Below, piece after piece: positions 45,768 through 59,192 of a stretch of 64,000 bases of DNA. This DNA comes from Tubiluchus corallicola (taxonomy: Eukaryota; Animalia; Priapulida), in the NCBI GenBank assembly GCA_030141605.1, contig JAQGDQ010000557.1, forward strand, positions 1 to 64,000. The letters run 5' to 3'. Made by a program: the position numbers and the translations under genes. The stretch's first letter is position 1; the number at the start of each line of letters is the position of its first letter. The notes beneath the pieces are model-generated. The model was not told the origin of the DNA, did no database searches, and saw only the letters and a program-made list of their open reading frames with translations.

Positions 45768-47028
45768 CTCAACCAGCATCGCACATTTTGTCTGTTATTT
45801 TATTATTTATGCTGCCGTCACGCTTAATTTTCATTTAGCAGCTCACAATGGCGTATGATCGATGATTTGAAACTGCTGGAAATCGACTTGTACACGACCT
45901 GATGAAACCGTTGAGTGTCCCATGGAACCTGTGTTTAACCAGCTTTGCAATTTACAGTGTATTGTATTGATTCCACGTTAACCCTTGCTGACGTGCTGCT
46001 ACTCATTATAACAACTCGCAATGGTGCAATGCAGAGGTTGCAAGTTTCATCCTGAGCGCTAGAGAGATTCTTATTTTCTACCTTCTGTTTGGATAATCTG
46101 AATTTTGTAAGAAAACTGACCTAAATGCACATCAGCCAAATTTATTCTGTAACATTTTTAAACCGCAAAATTTGGTTGGTACCTTTGCAACAAGTATCCG
46201 CTAAGGCAGAGAATACGAGACGTAAGCCCTAATCCTAAAGAATTATGACCAACAAGCAGTATACATACCTTAAGAAGGCAAGTAGAGCAATAATAATTCA
46301 GTACAATCTTAGACAACAGGGAGAACACAAAGCATAAAGTTGTCCAACCTGGGAGACATAAAAAAAGTTAAAGCTTTACCGAAAATCATCCGAAAAACTT
46401 TAACGCAGTTTTCAAAAATAACAATGTCAGTAACCAAATAACTTCATTTAATCGTGAAGGAAACACAGAAGAGAGTCACCAACCAAGAATGGAATAGTTT
46501 ACACAAACCAACACAGACAAACGCTAGACAGAGGCTGGATCTCACATGAGAATGCCAATTGTTAAGGATAGATGGGACTAAAAATCTAGAGCAGGACAAA
46601 CCTGCAAAAAACTATTTGAACAAAATAGGATTTCCTGTGATCTTGAGAGTAAATACAGAAAGTTGAAGAGGTTACAGGTTCGAGTTCATGACCGAGTCGT
46701 GACAAAAAAAATATTCGTATGATTTCAAGTAGGGAATAAATTTATTATCTCCTAAATATATAATAAAAATATTTATAAAATTATCATCTCTTAAATTTAG
46801 TTTGTAGATTACATATTTGTCAAGTTTGAAGCCACCGTTAAATGAAAACATTTAAGGGACCAAACGCAGCGGATATTGTGAGAAGCTGGCCTGTCAAAAA
46901 ACCTTCTGCATAAATTGGGGTTAAAGCTATCCAAAATTGAGGTAAGCAGTAAAAACAGTTATAGTGTGTGAATATTTGGACACGTATAATTCACAGCTGT
47001 GAGGGGGACGTTTTAGTTTTTTTACTTT

Positions 47029-47215
47029 ATTTGGCCTACAGGCAGTTATAATTTTAATTAAAATTAAAAGTATTCCACTACTAGCATTAACGTTACGCAA
47101 GTAGAAAGTACTGTATTTAGAACATTTTATTTTCTATGCTCTGCATACACTAATTTCTACTTACGTGACGTTAATGCTAGTGAAATACTTAATTATAACT
47201 GCATGTAGGCCAAAT
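47029..47215. repeat. ~190-bp hairpin (MITE-like) between ~65-bp direct repeats
   Basis: TTGGCCTACAGGCAGTTATAATT ... AATTATAACTGCATGTAGGCCAA; inner arms CTAGCATTAACGT / ACGTTAATGCTAG. Confidence 0.75.
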
Positions 47216-49059
47216 TAACTTGAAAAAAAAAAGAATTTAGGTAAACAATAGAAAGACAGCCATTATAGTGTGCGAATATTTAGAAATGTATGATTCACGG
47301 TTGTGAGTGGGAAGTTTTTAGAAAGTAGTGTAGCATAATTACAACGTGAATTACCAATTGAAATTATTATTGACTATAGAACATCTCCGTTTAGTATTCT
47401 TCTTGCTTTTTTGCAGTTATTAATCATGATCTAGTGGAATTAAGCATAATTTTGCTCTTTTGTGTCAGTTAAGTTAGCAGAATAATAAGCAGCGAAGTGA
47501 TGCTGTCGCCCGTGAATAATTGTTCAGTTTAGTACAATTAAGTAATGCATACAGGCCTGCTATATTTGTGAATTGGACACTTATCATTGTTGTGAGACGA
47601 GTAGATGCAATGTAGGCCATACTACGTGTTAATCAGCCTATATGTTGAACTGTATGTGTAATCCGCCTATTAAGGTGTTGTCTAAACTCTCTTATACAAC
47701 AGCTGTTAATGAGGGTAATTATAATCGTTGTTAATGAAGTAACTACGGTCATTCGCGTGTCGCTGTACGTTACATCATTGCGTTTCTTGTATAACGTGAC
47801 ATGTATGGGCTTTTGAACAAGTGACCAGTCGCCCGACTTGTTTTATGTAGGTCTACAGTTCAAATATACGTCATTACAGAATAACCCGCTTTTACGTAGA
47901 CATTTCGAGTTGTGTGTCACTGTGTTCTGTCAGCAGCTAAAAATTGATGAAACTTTTCCGAAACGATTGCTAGTTTTCATCCACAGCCACCTATAGTCAG
48001 TCGACCAATCAGCCAGATGTCATTAAATCGATCATTTAATCAATGAACCAAATCAATCATCCAATCAATTAGAGTGTTGGTCATCCAGGTAATCAGTGAG
48101 TCGGTCAATCTGTAGGACTGACTTGGCAAGACACTCGGCCAGGCAGGCATTCATGCAGACAGTGTGTCAATCAGTCAATCATTCAGTTGATAAGCCACGT
48201 AGCAAGTTAATCGATCAGTTAGGTTGACAGCCAGTCGGCAAATAAAGCTCAGCCAGCTATTCATTCATTCGGTCAGTCAGCTCAGTCCGTCAGTTTGGGA
48301 ATCAAATAAGACAGACAGCCTTTTTTTAATCTCCTGCTTCATTACTACAAAAAATGGCATTACTTTTAATAATATAGGCCTAGTTGTGACGTTAAATTGG
48401 GAATGAGAAAATAAATGCACTGAATACAGTCAGTAGAACAATATAAGTCAGTCATTCAGTCTGTCTGTCACTCAATAGTAAAACAGAACTTTATTATAGT
48501 TAATCATCCGCGAGTTTAGTGAGTCGTGCAATATAATGCAAACGAAATTTTACTACAATGGAAAGCGAATGTTAAAGTTGATTATGGCCACCATAAAACT
48601 AAGTTAGTTTTATAAATGTGATAGATATAGCAACTAGATTGTCATTATGCGCACGCGTGTCTGGCACTGCACTTGCACACACATGCATGCATACACGCCT
48701 GCAGACCCCCCCCCCACACACACACACACCCTTTGCTAAACAGCTTTACTTTTTATACAATTTAGCTCATAGCGAACTGAAGTTGCAGAGATGCCTTAAT
48801 GGCGTTCAGATGTAAACACACATCTGTTCTGGCGAGTTACGCATTCTCTTGGAGCACATAGCATTGTTCTGAGCATAATGTATACACAAATAATAATCCA
48901 TAATGTCATGTGGAATCATAACCTTGCTAATGTTAAACTTCAAAACATAATTTTTTACAAATAAAATAGTCGAACTTGTGTAGCAAAAACACTTTATTTC
49001 GTGGTGTTCAATTGTGCATTATAAGTCAGTAGCTGTAGACTACAGTCCTGCGGCCTGCC

Positions 49060-50090
49060 TTAAAAATACCTAACTACAATAGTTAATAGACTGTAGGTCT
49101 ACAATAAAAAAAGAAAAAAATACATGTAGTTAACCCATTCAAATGTTGATTTTAAGACTGCCTTAGTAAGAAGGCGTAGTTTCCGTTCAGCTAATAAGCC
49201 GACAACGGTCAACTCTAGACCTAATTTAATAAGAAGGCTTAGCTACTGTTAAAGCCCACACAAAGATTAATTTTAAGCCCATTTTAATAAGAAGATCTGG
49301 CAGCCATTTAACCCAATACAAAACTCGAATTTAAATCTACATCAATAAAAAGGTCTAGCTGCTGTTCAATCCATACAATTTTTTATTTTAGGCCTACCAT
49401 AAATAAGAAGGCTTAGCTACTGTCCAGCAACTTTAACTGTAGACTTTCCTTAAATAAAAAAATCTACCTGCCTGCAATGCAGCCAAAGGATGATTTTAGG
49501 AGTGTTCGTTAATTAAATAAGAAGACCCAGCTATGACTGTGCCAACGCAGATCGATTTTTAAGACTACTTAAACAAAACGTTCTAGCTACAGCCCATCCA
49601 AATGTTGACTTTAGGCCTACCTTAGTAAGATCGTCTAGCTACTATTCCGCCAACACAAAGGCTGACTTTATGCTTACCTTAGTAAGCACGCCTAGTTATC
49701 ATTCAACCTAAAAAAATTGATTTTAATTCTACATTAATAAGACAGCCTAGTTCAGCCCATACAACAGTTGAATTTAGGTCTACCTAAATAACCGTTCAGC
49801 ACGTACAGACTGTTGATTTTAGACTCAACTTAATAAGAAGGCCTATCTATCGTTCATCCAATAAAAAAGTCAACTTTAGGCCTATCTTAACAAAAAGACC
49901 TAGCTACCGTCCACCCATTAAAAATGTCAACTTCAAGACTATTTAATATGAAGGCCAGCTGCCGTTCATCCAATGCTAAAGTCAAATTTAGGCCTATCTT
50001 ATTAAGAAGGCCTGGCTATCGTTCAGCCCATGCCGTCGTATACTGTAGGTCTACCTTAATAAGAGGCCTAGCTACGGTTCACCTGATGCA
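49060..50090 (+). repeat. Degenerate ~57-bp minisatellite, roughly 17-18 units
   Basis: Recurrent TTGA(C/T)TTTAGGCCTACCTTAATAAGAAGGCCTAGCTACCGTTCAGCCCAT at ~55-60 bp spacing. Confidence 0.9.
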
Positions 50091-53000
50091 AGGACAACTC
50101 TCTACATTCCACGACCTTTTGTCTCGCTTTCAAAGGCCATTGACAGGTCACATACCAAAGAAAGTTTTTACAGACGATTGCAAAATTGGAACAGCGCGGT
50201 AAGTTATTGTAGGATGTTTCTCTAAATAAATAATAAAGCAAGTGAGCTTTTTAACAATCAGCTTACGTATTAGCAAAGAAGCAAACAACGTTTTTTACTT
50301 TCTTTCACGCAGGTTGCAGCGTGTAAAACAGAAATAAGTATCCTAAGCAAGGTTGATTGGTTGACCATGCGTTCACATTTCTGCTGTTTAGACACAACTG
50401 ACCCACATTTTTGCGCGCGCGGAAGCTCTATAATCAACAAATACAGGTCACTGGGCGTTATATAAAATGGCAGACTGAGCTCAGCAGAGCATTATTATGT
50501 GTGGAGGCTTTTGTTTAGAGTTTGCGTTTAATTGTGAAGTAATAAAAAATGAGCAAACGTGTACATATGTGAACATCGAGTTTACGACTGACGCATTGAG
50601 CAATGGTAAGTGTTGACGAACCTTTACGATTTTTAATAATCTCTTTGATAAGTATTGCTTTAATCGATTTAAACTTATCTGAATTTTTATCTGCAGTGTA
50701 TTGTGTGGCAAAATGAAAATACAAAGCTTGAACTTACAAACAAACAAACTAGTGTTAGCTAAAATAAACAAAAATGAAAATATAAGAAGATAAAAAATTC
50801 TTCAAAATAACAATGTGCTTTTATTACGCCCCGTTAGGTCTAAATGAAGAAATATGTATACCATAGGCGTAATATTCTCTTATCCTAATTCATCAGTATG
50901 TGAGAGCAGTTGCCGAAAATTAGACCTTATACATTAGCCTTACTTTTTACATAATATATTTACAAGACCCATTAGTATAAAATGGTATTTCTACTAGCTA
51001 CTTTAATAGTGCTGCTTAAACGCTTTGCACAGGCGTGTTATACTAAAATGTGCTCATTAAATTCAAAATCCTATAAATTAATAATTTCAAAGAACATTTC
51101 TAATTTCAGATTCAGTTAACAAGTCACGTGCCATATTTGAGGATTGTGCCAGAACATTGCTACGCATTGGTCATATTAAATATATGGCGTATCTTGCTTT
51201 GAATTAATAGGCCATATGTTTAGTAGGTCAAACGCGAAGCTTAAGCGACGTTGGTGGGTGAATTGATGGACTAAAATCATCGACGCTGGCTGTGATGCAA
51301 TGGTGCAGAATTCTATTCAAGCTCAGCTCTAGCTCAGTTTGTAGGTCGATATATAACACATTTGTTCATAAAAGAGAGAAGCATTTTCATGCACTGCACC
51401 TTATGTAAATGTCAGCTGTGATTTACTCTGACATTATTAAATTTCAAGAACATATCCGGGATTTTTAAACAGCTTTGTGTTATCATAAGAAGATAATTTA
51501 GAAAATATCGATTTTAGATAAAAGATTGGTTCAGATTATACGTGTGCAAGAACTATGACCAAATAAAAAAAGCGAAATCCTCCGTTTTAAAATCAACTTA
51601 TTTTGTCCTAGAATTAGTTTTCACGTACAAATCCCGACATGAAAAACTATCTGTGTGTTCTAGCTGATTTAAAACATTGGCTATAGGGAATGCTTGGTTG
51701 GTGAAAACTATACTTTCGATAACCAGACAGTACATAACATTCTGGTATCAATCTGCGTATAGGCGCATACAAACACATTCTTGTTCTTTCTTTCGTACGT
51801 TTTTTCGGTCAGCATATGAACAAGCAGTACTAATCAACCTATATGTACATATGTATATTTTTTACGTACATAAATGATTCTATCGTCACTATATATAGAA
51901 TATACAGACTGCTAAAAGTTCCAGGCTTTAATGTGAGCTAACGTTTACTTGACATTTTGGTCTGTCATAAAACAGTAAAAATAAATTTAATATTGTTATT
52001 GGCATAAAATTGTGTTTGTTATCGCTTTCAGTATTGATTTTGTGTATTGCTGAATCACACAGCAAGAAGGTGGTAATCCAGCCTATAACACATTCGCCTG
52101 CATTTTGCCATTACTCTTTCAAGCAACATGTCTACTAAGATGCAATTATAATTGCTTTAAAGATTTTGAAACTAATTCGCTAAGTGACGAAATTAGCAAA
52201 TTGACTGCACTATTCTGTAGCATCCTTCATTGGTCTTGATAAATCACTTTCAACCCAGTAGGTGCTGTCACCTGCAGTTAGTTTTACTTAATAAACACAG
52301 TTGAGTGATTGTTCAATTAAACTGCTTGTTGCACGAATTCGTCACTTTAATGACTTTATTCCTTAATATACTACACTATAGTTATGTCTTTCAAACAGTA
52401 ATCACAAAAGGCGAAGACGTCTAAATACTGAAATTTCTCTGTTATCACTTAATAAGTTTAACATGGTCAGTTTAACAATGCCAAAATTAATCACTATGGA
52501 GAGTTTTGGATACATTTCAAGATATATTTTTTCATATTAATAAAACTTATTTGACACAGTGAAATGAAAGACTACAAAATCAGTCAAACAAATTTGTAAA
52601 AGCAGTGGCATCGAGGAATAGCAGCTTATACGTGGAATTCTTCAGTTTTCTATAGCCAAATGTTTCTAATAGATGTGTTACTCAATAGTCGAAAAACAGA
52701 CTGCCTGTTATAATATAAAATAATCCAGTTCAATTTTCGACTTGCAATTAACAGAACTTCATAAAAATCCTGACGTAAATGTTTACAATAATTCATAGGC
52801 AAATACTCAGCACTAAATTTATGCCCTGTACAAAAAACAAATACTATTAATGAATAAAACTTTCAAATGCTTAATACAGTAGAAAGAATATAGTGCACAC
52901 TCCTACTGCATTTGATTATAGCTAAAAGATTACCATAGTTTTTCATAGTTTTCTATTTAAGGAGTTGAACTCCTTGTAAATAATAATTAAACCAAATTGC

Positions 53001-53788
53001 AAATTTTACCCAAGCATACATATTTGAGAATTAAAAACACTTATCCAGAAGACCAAAAATGACTAACCTTACAGTAAAAATTTTAAAACCTGAAAATTTG
53101 GAAACTACCAACAGCTTTTCTATACAGGATGTGAATGCTGCAGATCCAAGCACTGCAGTCTGTAACTGCCATCTATTGTCAAAATTTTGATTAAATTTTA
53201 TGGAATTAAACTGACTTCAAATAATTAATACCATGTTACATTTAACAAAGACCCTGTCAAAATAGTACCTTTGTTTAATAAAGCGGTGTTTATCAGCAAA
53301 CTGCACCATTCTAGCTGGTGATACATGCTTTATCCTAACCATGTACTAAAATATTGTACAACTACAGATGTTGGCACTATCTATGAAGAAAAAACAGTAA
53401 AATATTACAAAACATTTAATATCGGACAGTTTCAGACTACAATAAATGCACAAGTTTTCAAACAATTCCTATGCTAGAAGCTGTACCAGCTACAAAACTT
53501 CAAAATTAAATTCGGAATAAACAAGAATGCACTCAAAGTTATAACTTGCGGGCACTACACTGGACACGGTTTATATACCATACATTTTCTGCAGGCATTC
53601 GTGACAACAAAAAATTTTGAGCCACTTTAACATTCCACAAAGTCAAACATACATGATGTGTAGTTGAAACTGTACGTCAGCATGCAACTTGGAAAGTAAA
53701 GAGGCACCCAAGTCAAAAACCACGTACGTATGAACCAGGGATTACGCGATGACAGTCACCTGACCTATTGTAATATTCCAATGCCTTT

Positions 53789-55711
53789 TTAATATTCCAG
53801 CACACGAAGAATGTTAATTCCTGAGAGTCCTAGGTTGGCACGTCCCAGCATTCCACCTTCTCTTTCACGAACATGGTAGAGAAAGAGTAATATTGCATGA
53901 AAAAGGTTGTTTCTGCCCTTAGGAACATCCCACTTACCATCATTAATAATCACCTTGTAACGTGGGGGATTAACGCAAGTTTGGTAAATGCAAAAATGGT
54001 CTTTGCTGGTTGTACTCGGTTTATCAGGAACCTTGATGAAATACTGGCTAGTGAATGTCTTCCCATCTGGATACTTGGGATGCGGAGGCAGTCGTGAATC
54101 CATGTAGCTACAAAACATGTGCATGACAATGGCAGCATCCGTGGGTAGATGTTCGTCCCAACGTTTGCCCTTGTACGGGCCTCCACCATTCCAGCAGTAA
54201 GCGCTAATGCACCCACCGCTTGCAAGTTCCCGGATACGATGAACCAGATAATCCTGATTTGCTGTGACTTCCAGATATGGAAGCAATGCCGAAAGTGTTC
54301 GGATGTGAACGCCCTTCGTCAGGCACACTTGTTTCAGTGATGATAAACTGACACTTCCGATTTTAATTTCAGCACAGCCAATGCGATGCAAACTGTCATT
54401 AACAGATGATATTTCATCCACAAGCCTTACCAGTATCGTCTGGCAGATCCAGTTTCGCAAGTTTTCTTCCCAACGAGTAAGCATTTGTTGCGTAACTTGT
54501 AACTTACTCCACACCTCACCTTCCGAATACGTGGACGGGTGGTCAGAGTCCTCGTCTTTATGCGATGTTTGACCGTGTGGCTCTCTACTGGACACCTGAT
54601 ACTGTAGCTGACCAAGCAATGGACTGTAGTCAGAAGACTGGGAGTTCCAGAATGATCTGTTAGATGTAGCCGACAAATTCATGCTCCTTTGTAACATATC
54701 CTCTTTTGCCTTTTCTTCTTCAAGAAACACATTCAGATCGTCTACATTTGTAATGGAGCTATCCAGGTTAAAACTGTGCCCAGTTCCATTAGAATAAAAT
54801 CTAGGTTTATGCTTATTCGTGGCATCTCTAATGATTTCCGGTGAAAATTTATCATGAGATCGAGACATGAAAGACGTATGTGGTGAGGCCGAGTAGCTCC
54901 TGGGAATAGAGACTCCTGGACTCCTCTTCAGTTCTGGACTCCTTTTGAGCAATGGCACGTTAGGACTGTCCCCCCCATATGGCCTTCTTCGGCTTGGACT
55001 GTAATAACTTCCAGAGTTGTAAGTGGGAGCATACTCGTTTGAGCTGTAGGCGGTGCTTATAGGACTAGAAGGGTGTCTCCTGCGTGCAGAATTATACTGA
55101 TTGAACAAAATGGGACTCTGCTGGTGGGATATAGGACTATCAGGACTACCAGTAATAGGACTATAAGAAGAACTCGGTGAATAAGGGCTTGCTGCCACAG
55201 AATAAGGAGAGGAGAAGCTGGCATGGTGTTGCCACTGGTACGGTGACATCGGAGAAGACAACAGTGACGCATCTGAAGCAAAAGTAGAACTGTGCAGCCA
55301 CTGATCAGTTATTTTCACATTTGAACTTCTTGGTGCCTGCAAGGTCTTTGCTTTGAATCCCACATCATCATCAGTTATCCCTAAGAGGCGTTGCTGAATA
55401 TGAGTGAGTTCGATGGGCACACCCGTAAACAATGATATTAAGTAGTGCAATAAACATACTGCTGCATTAATCGTAAACAAAACTGCAAAACAAACTTCTA
55501 CACAATACAATACCTGACCAGTAGTTGCCGTCCACATTTCGTAACTTTTACCAAAGAGTAGATCACTCCACAGTACTGTTGCAACAATGCCACTCATAAA
55601 ACTCTTCGGCAGGGACCACTTTGATTCGCTGATCTGCCATTTTCTTCTCAAAGATCTGCTGACAACAGGAGTCTCTACTTTTCCAATTCGATAGAGACCA
55701 GGTGAAGTCAT
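53789..55711 (-). CDS. TMEM209: Transmembrane protein 209 (nuclear envelope protein), single coding exon, 640 aa
   Basis: Uninterrupted ORF: two N-terminal TMs, LT..QQRLLG, Ser/Pro-rich middle, conserved C-terminus (LRNWICQTIL, YLVHRIRELASGGC, WNGGG, LPTDAAIVMHMFCSYMD, GRNNLFHAILLFL, GMLGRANLGLSGINIL). Confidence 0.95.
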   Translation of the reverse strand: MTSPGLYRIGKVETPVVSRSLRRKWQISESKWSLPKSFMSGIVATVLWSDLLFGKSYEMWTATTGQVLYCVEVCFAVLFTINAAVCLLHYLISLFTGVPIELTHIQQRLLGITDDDVGFKAKTLQAPRSSNVKITDQWLHSSTFASDASLLSSPMSPYQWQHHASFSSPYSVAASPYSPSSSYSPITGSPDSPISHQQSPILFNQYNSARRRHPSSPISTAYSSNEYAPTYNSGSYYSPSRRRPYGGDSPNVPLLKRSPELKRSPGVSIPRSYSASPHTSFMSRSHDKFSPEIIRDATNKHKPRFYSNGTGHSFNLDSSITNVDDLNVFLEEEKAKEDMLQRSMNLSATSNRSFWNSQSSDYSPLLGQLQYQVSSREPHGQTSHKDEDSDHPSTYSEGEVWSKLQVTQQMLTRWEENLRNWICQTILVRLVDEISSVNDSLHRIGCAEIKIGSVSLSSLKQVCLTKGVHIRTLSALLPYLEVTANQDYLVHRIRELASGGCISAYCWNGGGPYKGKRWDEHLPTDAAIVMHMFCSYMDSRLPPHPKYPDGKTFTSQYFIKVPDKPSTTSKDHFCIYQTCVNPPRYKVIINDGKWDVPKGRNNLFHAILLFLYHVREREGGMLGRANLGLSGINILRVLEY

Positions 55712-56146
55712 GCTGAGAGTTCACAAACTCACACTAAAAATGATGTGGCAGACTTACAATTATACAAACTGCTATGACTTTCTTGGTTGATTGTAAAAAA
55801 CTCGTGGAATACAAGTGCAGATCACCAAAAGCCAAACATCTAAAATATAAAATATACATATTAAGCTGTATATATGCATAGAGCTTAGATGATAGTAACC
55901 ATGTGAAGTCTTCTGTCGCTTCTCTCTCATTGAGCTCTGTAGAGCTAAATAATATTTTATTTTTCTTGTTTTCTCTTGTACACAATTGGTCCAAGATTAG
56001 AGTAAAATTTATCTTTCCTCTTATTTTAACATGTAACAGTAGACCAAAATGCATTATATGCTTTATTTAAACTCTTTGATATATATTGCAAAACATAACC
56101 ATAGACTCCACAGATCTTTAGCTCATGCTTTTCAGTAGAATCCTCA

Positions 56147-56820
56147 AGGAAAAAAGTGAATTTTAAACATTCATACAGATAGAATATCATTTTTAAGCAT
56201 TTTACACAATTAGATTATGCTATTTTTGACGATAAACCAAATCTTTTAACATTGAAGTACCACCTTTTACAATTCTTTATGACCTACGCAGGTGAACAGC
56301 AAATGTGGTAAACAGTTAGTATTCTACAAAATTATTTGTTACGCCCACTGATGAAGAAACTAAAAAAGAAAAACACTGAATGTTGTACTGCACTTCAATT
56401 TTCGCCTTCGCAAACACCTGCAAAATGCTCATAGAATGTTCGTGCTGTTGAAAATTATGCTCAGTTGTGAGGTCATCTGGGCTCGATGGCCATTAATTAA
56501 GTTTAAAATGGGTATGTTAATTATTAGAAGCATTTTGACATTAAAATGTATACTTTTTATCATACTTCAAAATGGATACGACATGAAAAAAATCATCATA
56601 TTTTCTTTTAATCTAAACAGTTTTAATGCAGTATTTTAATGCACTTTAATGCCTGTATAACACTAAGAACTGCTGTCAGCCATTAATCATCTTTGCTGTT
56701 CACCTGTTGGTAGTAAAAAATTGTTAAAGCTTTATCATCAAAAATAGGATAATCTAATAACGTAAAATCCTTAAAAAACATTGTTCTATCTGTATTCAAG
56801 TTTAAAATTCACTTTTTTCT
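56147..56820. mobile_element. Non-autonomous DNA transposon with ~180-bp TIRs (TTAA-type), containing a nested element
   Basis: TCAA|GGAAAAAAGTGAATTTTAAAC ... GTTTAAAATTCACTTTTTTCT|TTAA; inner arms CAGGTGAACAGCAAA / TTTGCTGTTCACCTG. Confidence 0.75.
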
Positions 56821-57109
56821 TTAAGGTGCCTTGAATCAAGATGAAAGATAAATTGTATTAATTAAGGATTCTTATAACTTCAATAACTTATGAAGGTAAA
56901 AGAACTATTCAAACGTCAGAGCTCCTATTTTGAATACCTCTGAAATTCAAATCCAAATTCAAAGGCCCTCTCAGTATACTAGAATACATGTAATAAGAAT
57001 TACTACACATGGACAGTAGTAGTACTACATCAAGATACAACAAAAGAATGCCAAATGCATGGGCAACATACGGTCATACAGTCCTGTACATGTTGCCCTT
57101 ATTCTAATA

Positions 57110-58653
57110 CAATAAAGTCCTCACTTAACGACTCCCCATTTATCAACGTTTCGTTTTAATGACACTGATCATTTGACACCTTTTTTCACTTAATGATGCA
57201 CTGTTTCATTTTAACGACGTTTTTCTTACTTTGCATGAAACCAATTTTTATTTTATCAACAACTTTTTACCTAATTTGATGCATTAAAACAGTATACATT
57301 ACATTATTCTTTTCTAAAAATGCACTAGTAACGTAAGCAGTGCAATTATTAAACAAGGATACATTTTTGCTTCCCCAATGACCACTAAATGCTAGTCGTT
57401 TGTATCAAGCGAGACCTGGGAGCAAGAATTGGTCCCTCCCTGCCCTGCTCCCCGATTACAATGATTTAATATTTGACAAAAACTTTTACTGTAAAACTAT
57501 ATTGGAGAAAATAAATGTTGTATGTCTATGCCTATGAATTTTGGCTGCAACCTGTTGCTATACTAACCAGACTAGATAAAATTCCCAAGGTCGCCAAGTG
57601 CTTAGATTTGACTCTGTTGCAGTGTGTTTTGTTTAACCGCTGCCTACACTTAAATGTTAACAAAAGAGAAACTGTTATCCAGGTAAGTAAGATATATAGG
57701 TGGTTTCAAGAAAGCAGAAAGAAATTAATAAGTAGAAACACGAGTATAATATATATATATATACATCTGTGTGTGTGCGTGCACGCGTGTGGGTGTGAAC
57801 CAAAGCCACATGGGTGCTAACAATGCATTACATGGGTTTATTATCCTATTCCAAAAAATAAAAGTATGCTTGCTTGCCTGCTTGAATATATTTGCTATAT
57901 CTATGATTTAATTTGCTTTTTTTGTTTGCTTTTCATTCAACAGCTGCATTTATAAATTGACTGCATTGCTTGCTTTTTGTGTATATTTGTCACATTATGA
58001 TTACTGATTGTTTTTGATCATTTATTACATTTAAGACTTACTGTACAAATTTTCTTCCTTTTGTTTTTTTGTGGTGCATTTATTATTTAACTACATTTTC
58101 GTTCATTTGCTGCATTTTAGTTTACTTGCTGCATTTTTGATTTAACCAGATTGCTTGCTTTTTTTGTTGTTGCATTCATGACTTGTTCAGTTGTTGTTTT
58201 AATTTTTAATTGCATTATTTGCTTGCTTTTTATTGGTACAATTATAATATAACTGCTTTGCATTTGTTTATTTGCTACACGTACGACCTAACAACGTATT
58301 TATTCACCTAACCATGTAGTCTGCCATGCTTTATAATATTCCTAAGTTTTATAGGGGTGGCTGACTCGATGACCTCCTGGTCTTTCGCCACCCGATCTCT
58401 ACAAACTTTACACAATTTGTTGTATTTGTGCTATAAATATTATATTAGAGATGAATAAACCTTTGAATTGAATTGAGTAAAACTCATAAAACCTTTTATT
58501 TATATGATTTAAGTAGCATTGATTTTTGACTCTGGAATGTATCTCAGTTCTTTTACATTACTTTCTGTCGAAGTCCTGGCTTCGTTTAAGGACGTTTCGC
58601 TTAACGTTGCGTTTTGCAGGAATGCATTAGCATCGTTAAGCGAGAACATACTG
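57110..58653. mobile_element. Degraded pogo/Tigger-like non-autonomous element
   Basis: Ends TA|CAATAAAGTCCTCACTTAACGA ... TCGTTAAGCGAGAACATACTG|TA, with subterminal CGTTTCGcTTAAcG repeats. Confidence 0.55.
58310..58476 (+). mobile_element. LINE/SINE 3' tail (CR1/L2-type)
   Basis: Stem-loop GGGTGGC...GCCACCC, then AATAAA and a (TTGAA)n tail. Confidence 0.5.
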
Positions 58654-59077
58654 TATTAAACTTTATAATATACTGCAGTTGCACAGTGTACACAAATAAT
58701 TATGATAATATAGTACAAAAAATTAATGACGTAGTGAAATGGAGCTAGGAATTAAACAATTATAGATCTGAGCCAACAGAGATTATTACTAAATCAACCA
58801 ACCATTTTATTACCCTTGTTAAAATCTATAATTGTACCATGTTTGGTACAACTGCCGTCGTTTAAACATTCAGTGCGCTTGGCATCTTGCTCGTAATTCA
58901 CAAAAGGAAAAGTTGACAGTTCTATAACTTTCGCAAACCCATACTTTTAAGCTAGAAACCGCTAAAAACCATTTTTTGAAGTCCCATCGAGATTCAAGTA
59001 CGGGAAATCTTTGTTGTGGAAATCCTCTACAATAGACGTGACGGGCGTATGATGATGATGATGGTGGTGGTGTTTTA

Positions 59078-59192
59078 ATGCTATTTTTCTGCTGTTCCAT
59101 TTTTTCCTGTGCAATTTTACCGTGCAATTTTTTCCTGTGCCAGTTTTACCTACTTTTCCTTTTGTGCCATTTTTCCTGTGCCATTTTTACCT
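59078..59192 (+). repeat. ~15-bp tandem subrepeat (GTGCCATTTTTACC-like), possible transposon subterminal array
   Basis: Directly visible, ~7 degenerate units. Confidence 0.65.

Noticed and set aside
46190-46740. A-rich, coding-like stretch, possibly a decayed retroelement
   Set aside because: Multiple stops and no recognisable motif; cannot be supported by eye.
49060-50090. CRISPR-like array
   Set aside because: Whole units are degenerate copies with no unique spacers, there are no cas genes, and the context is eukaryotic.
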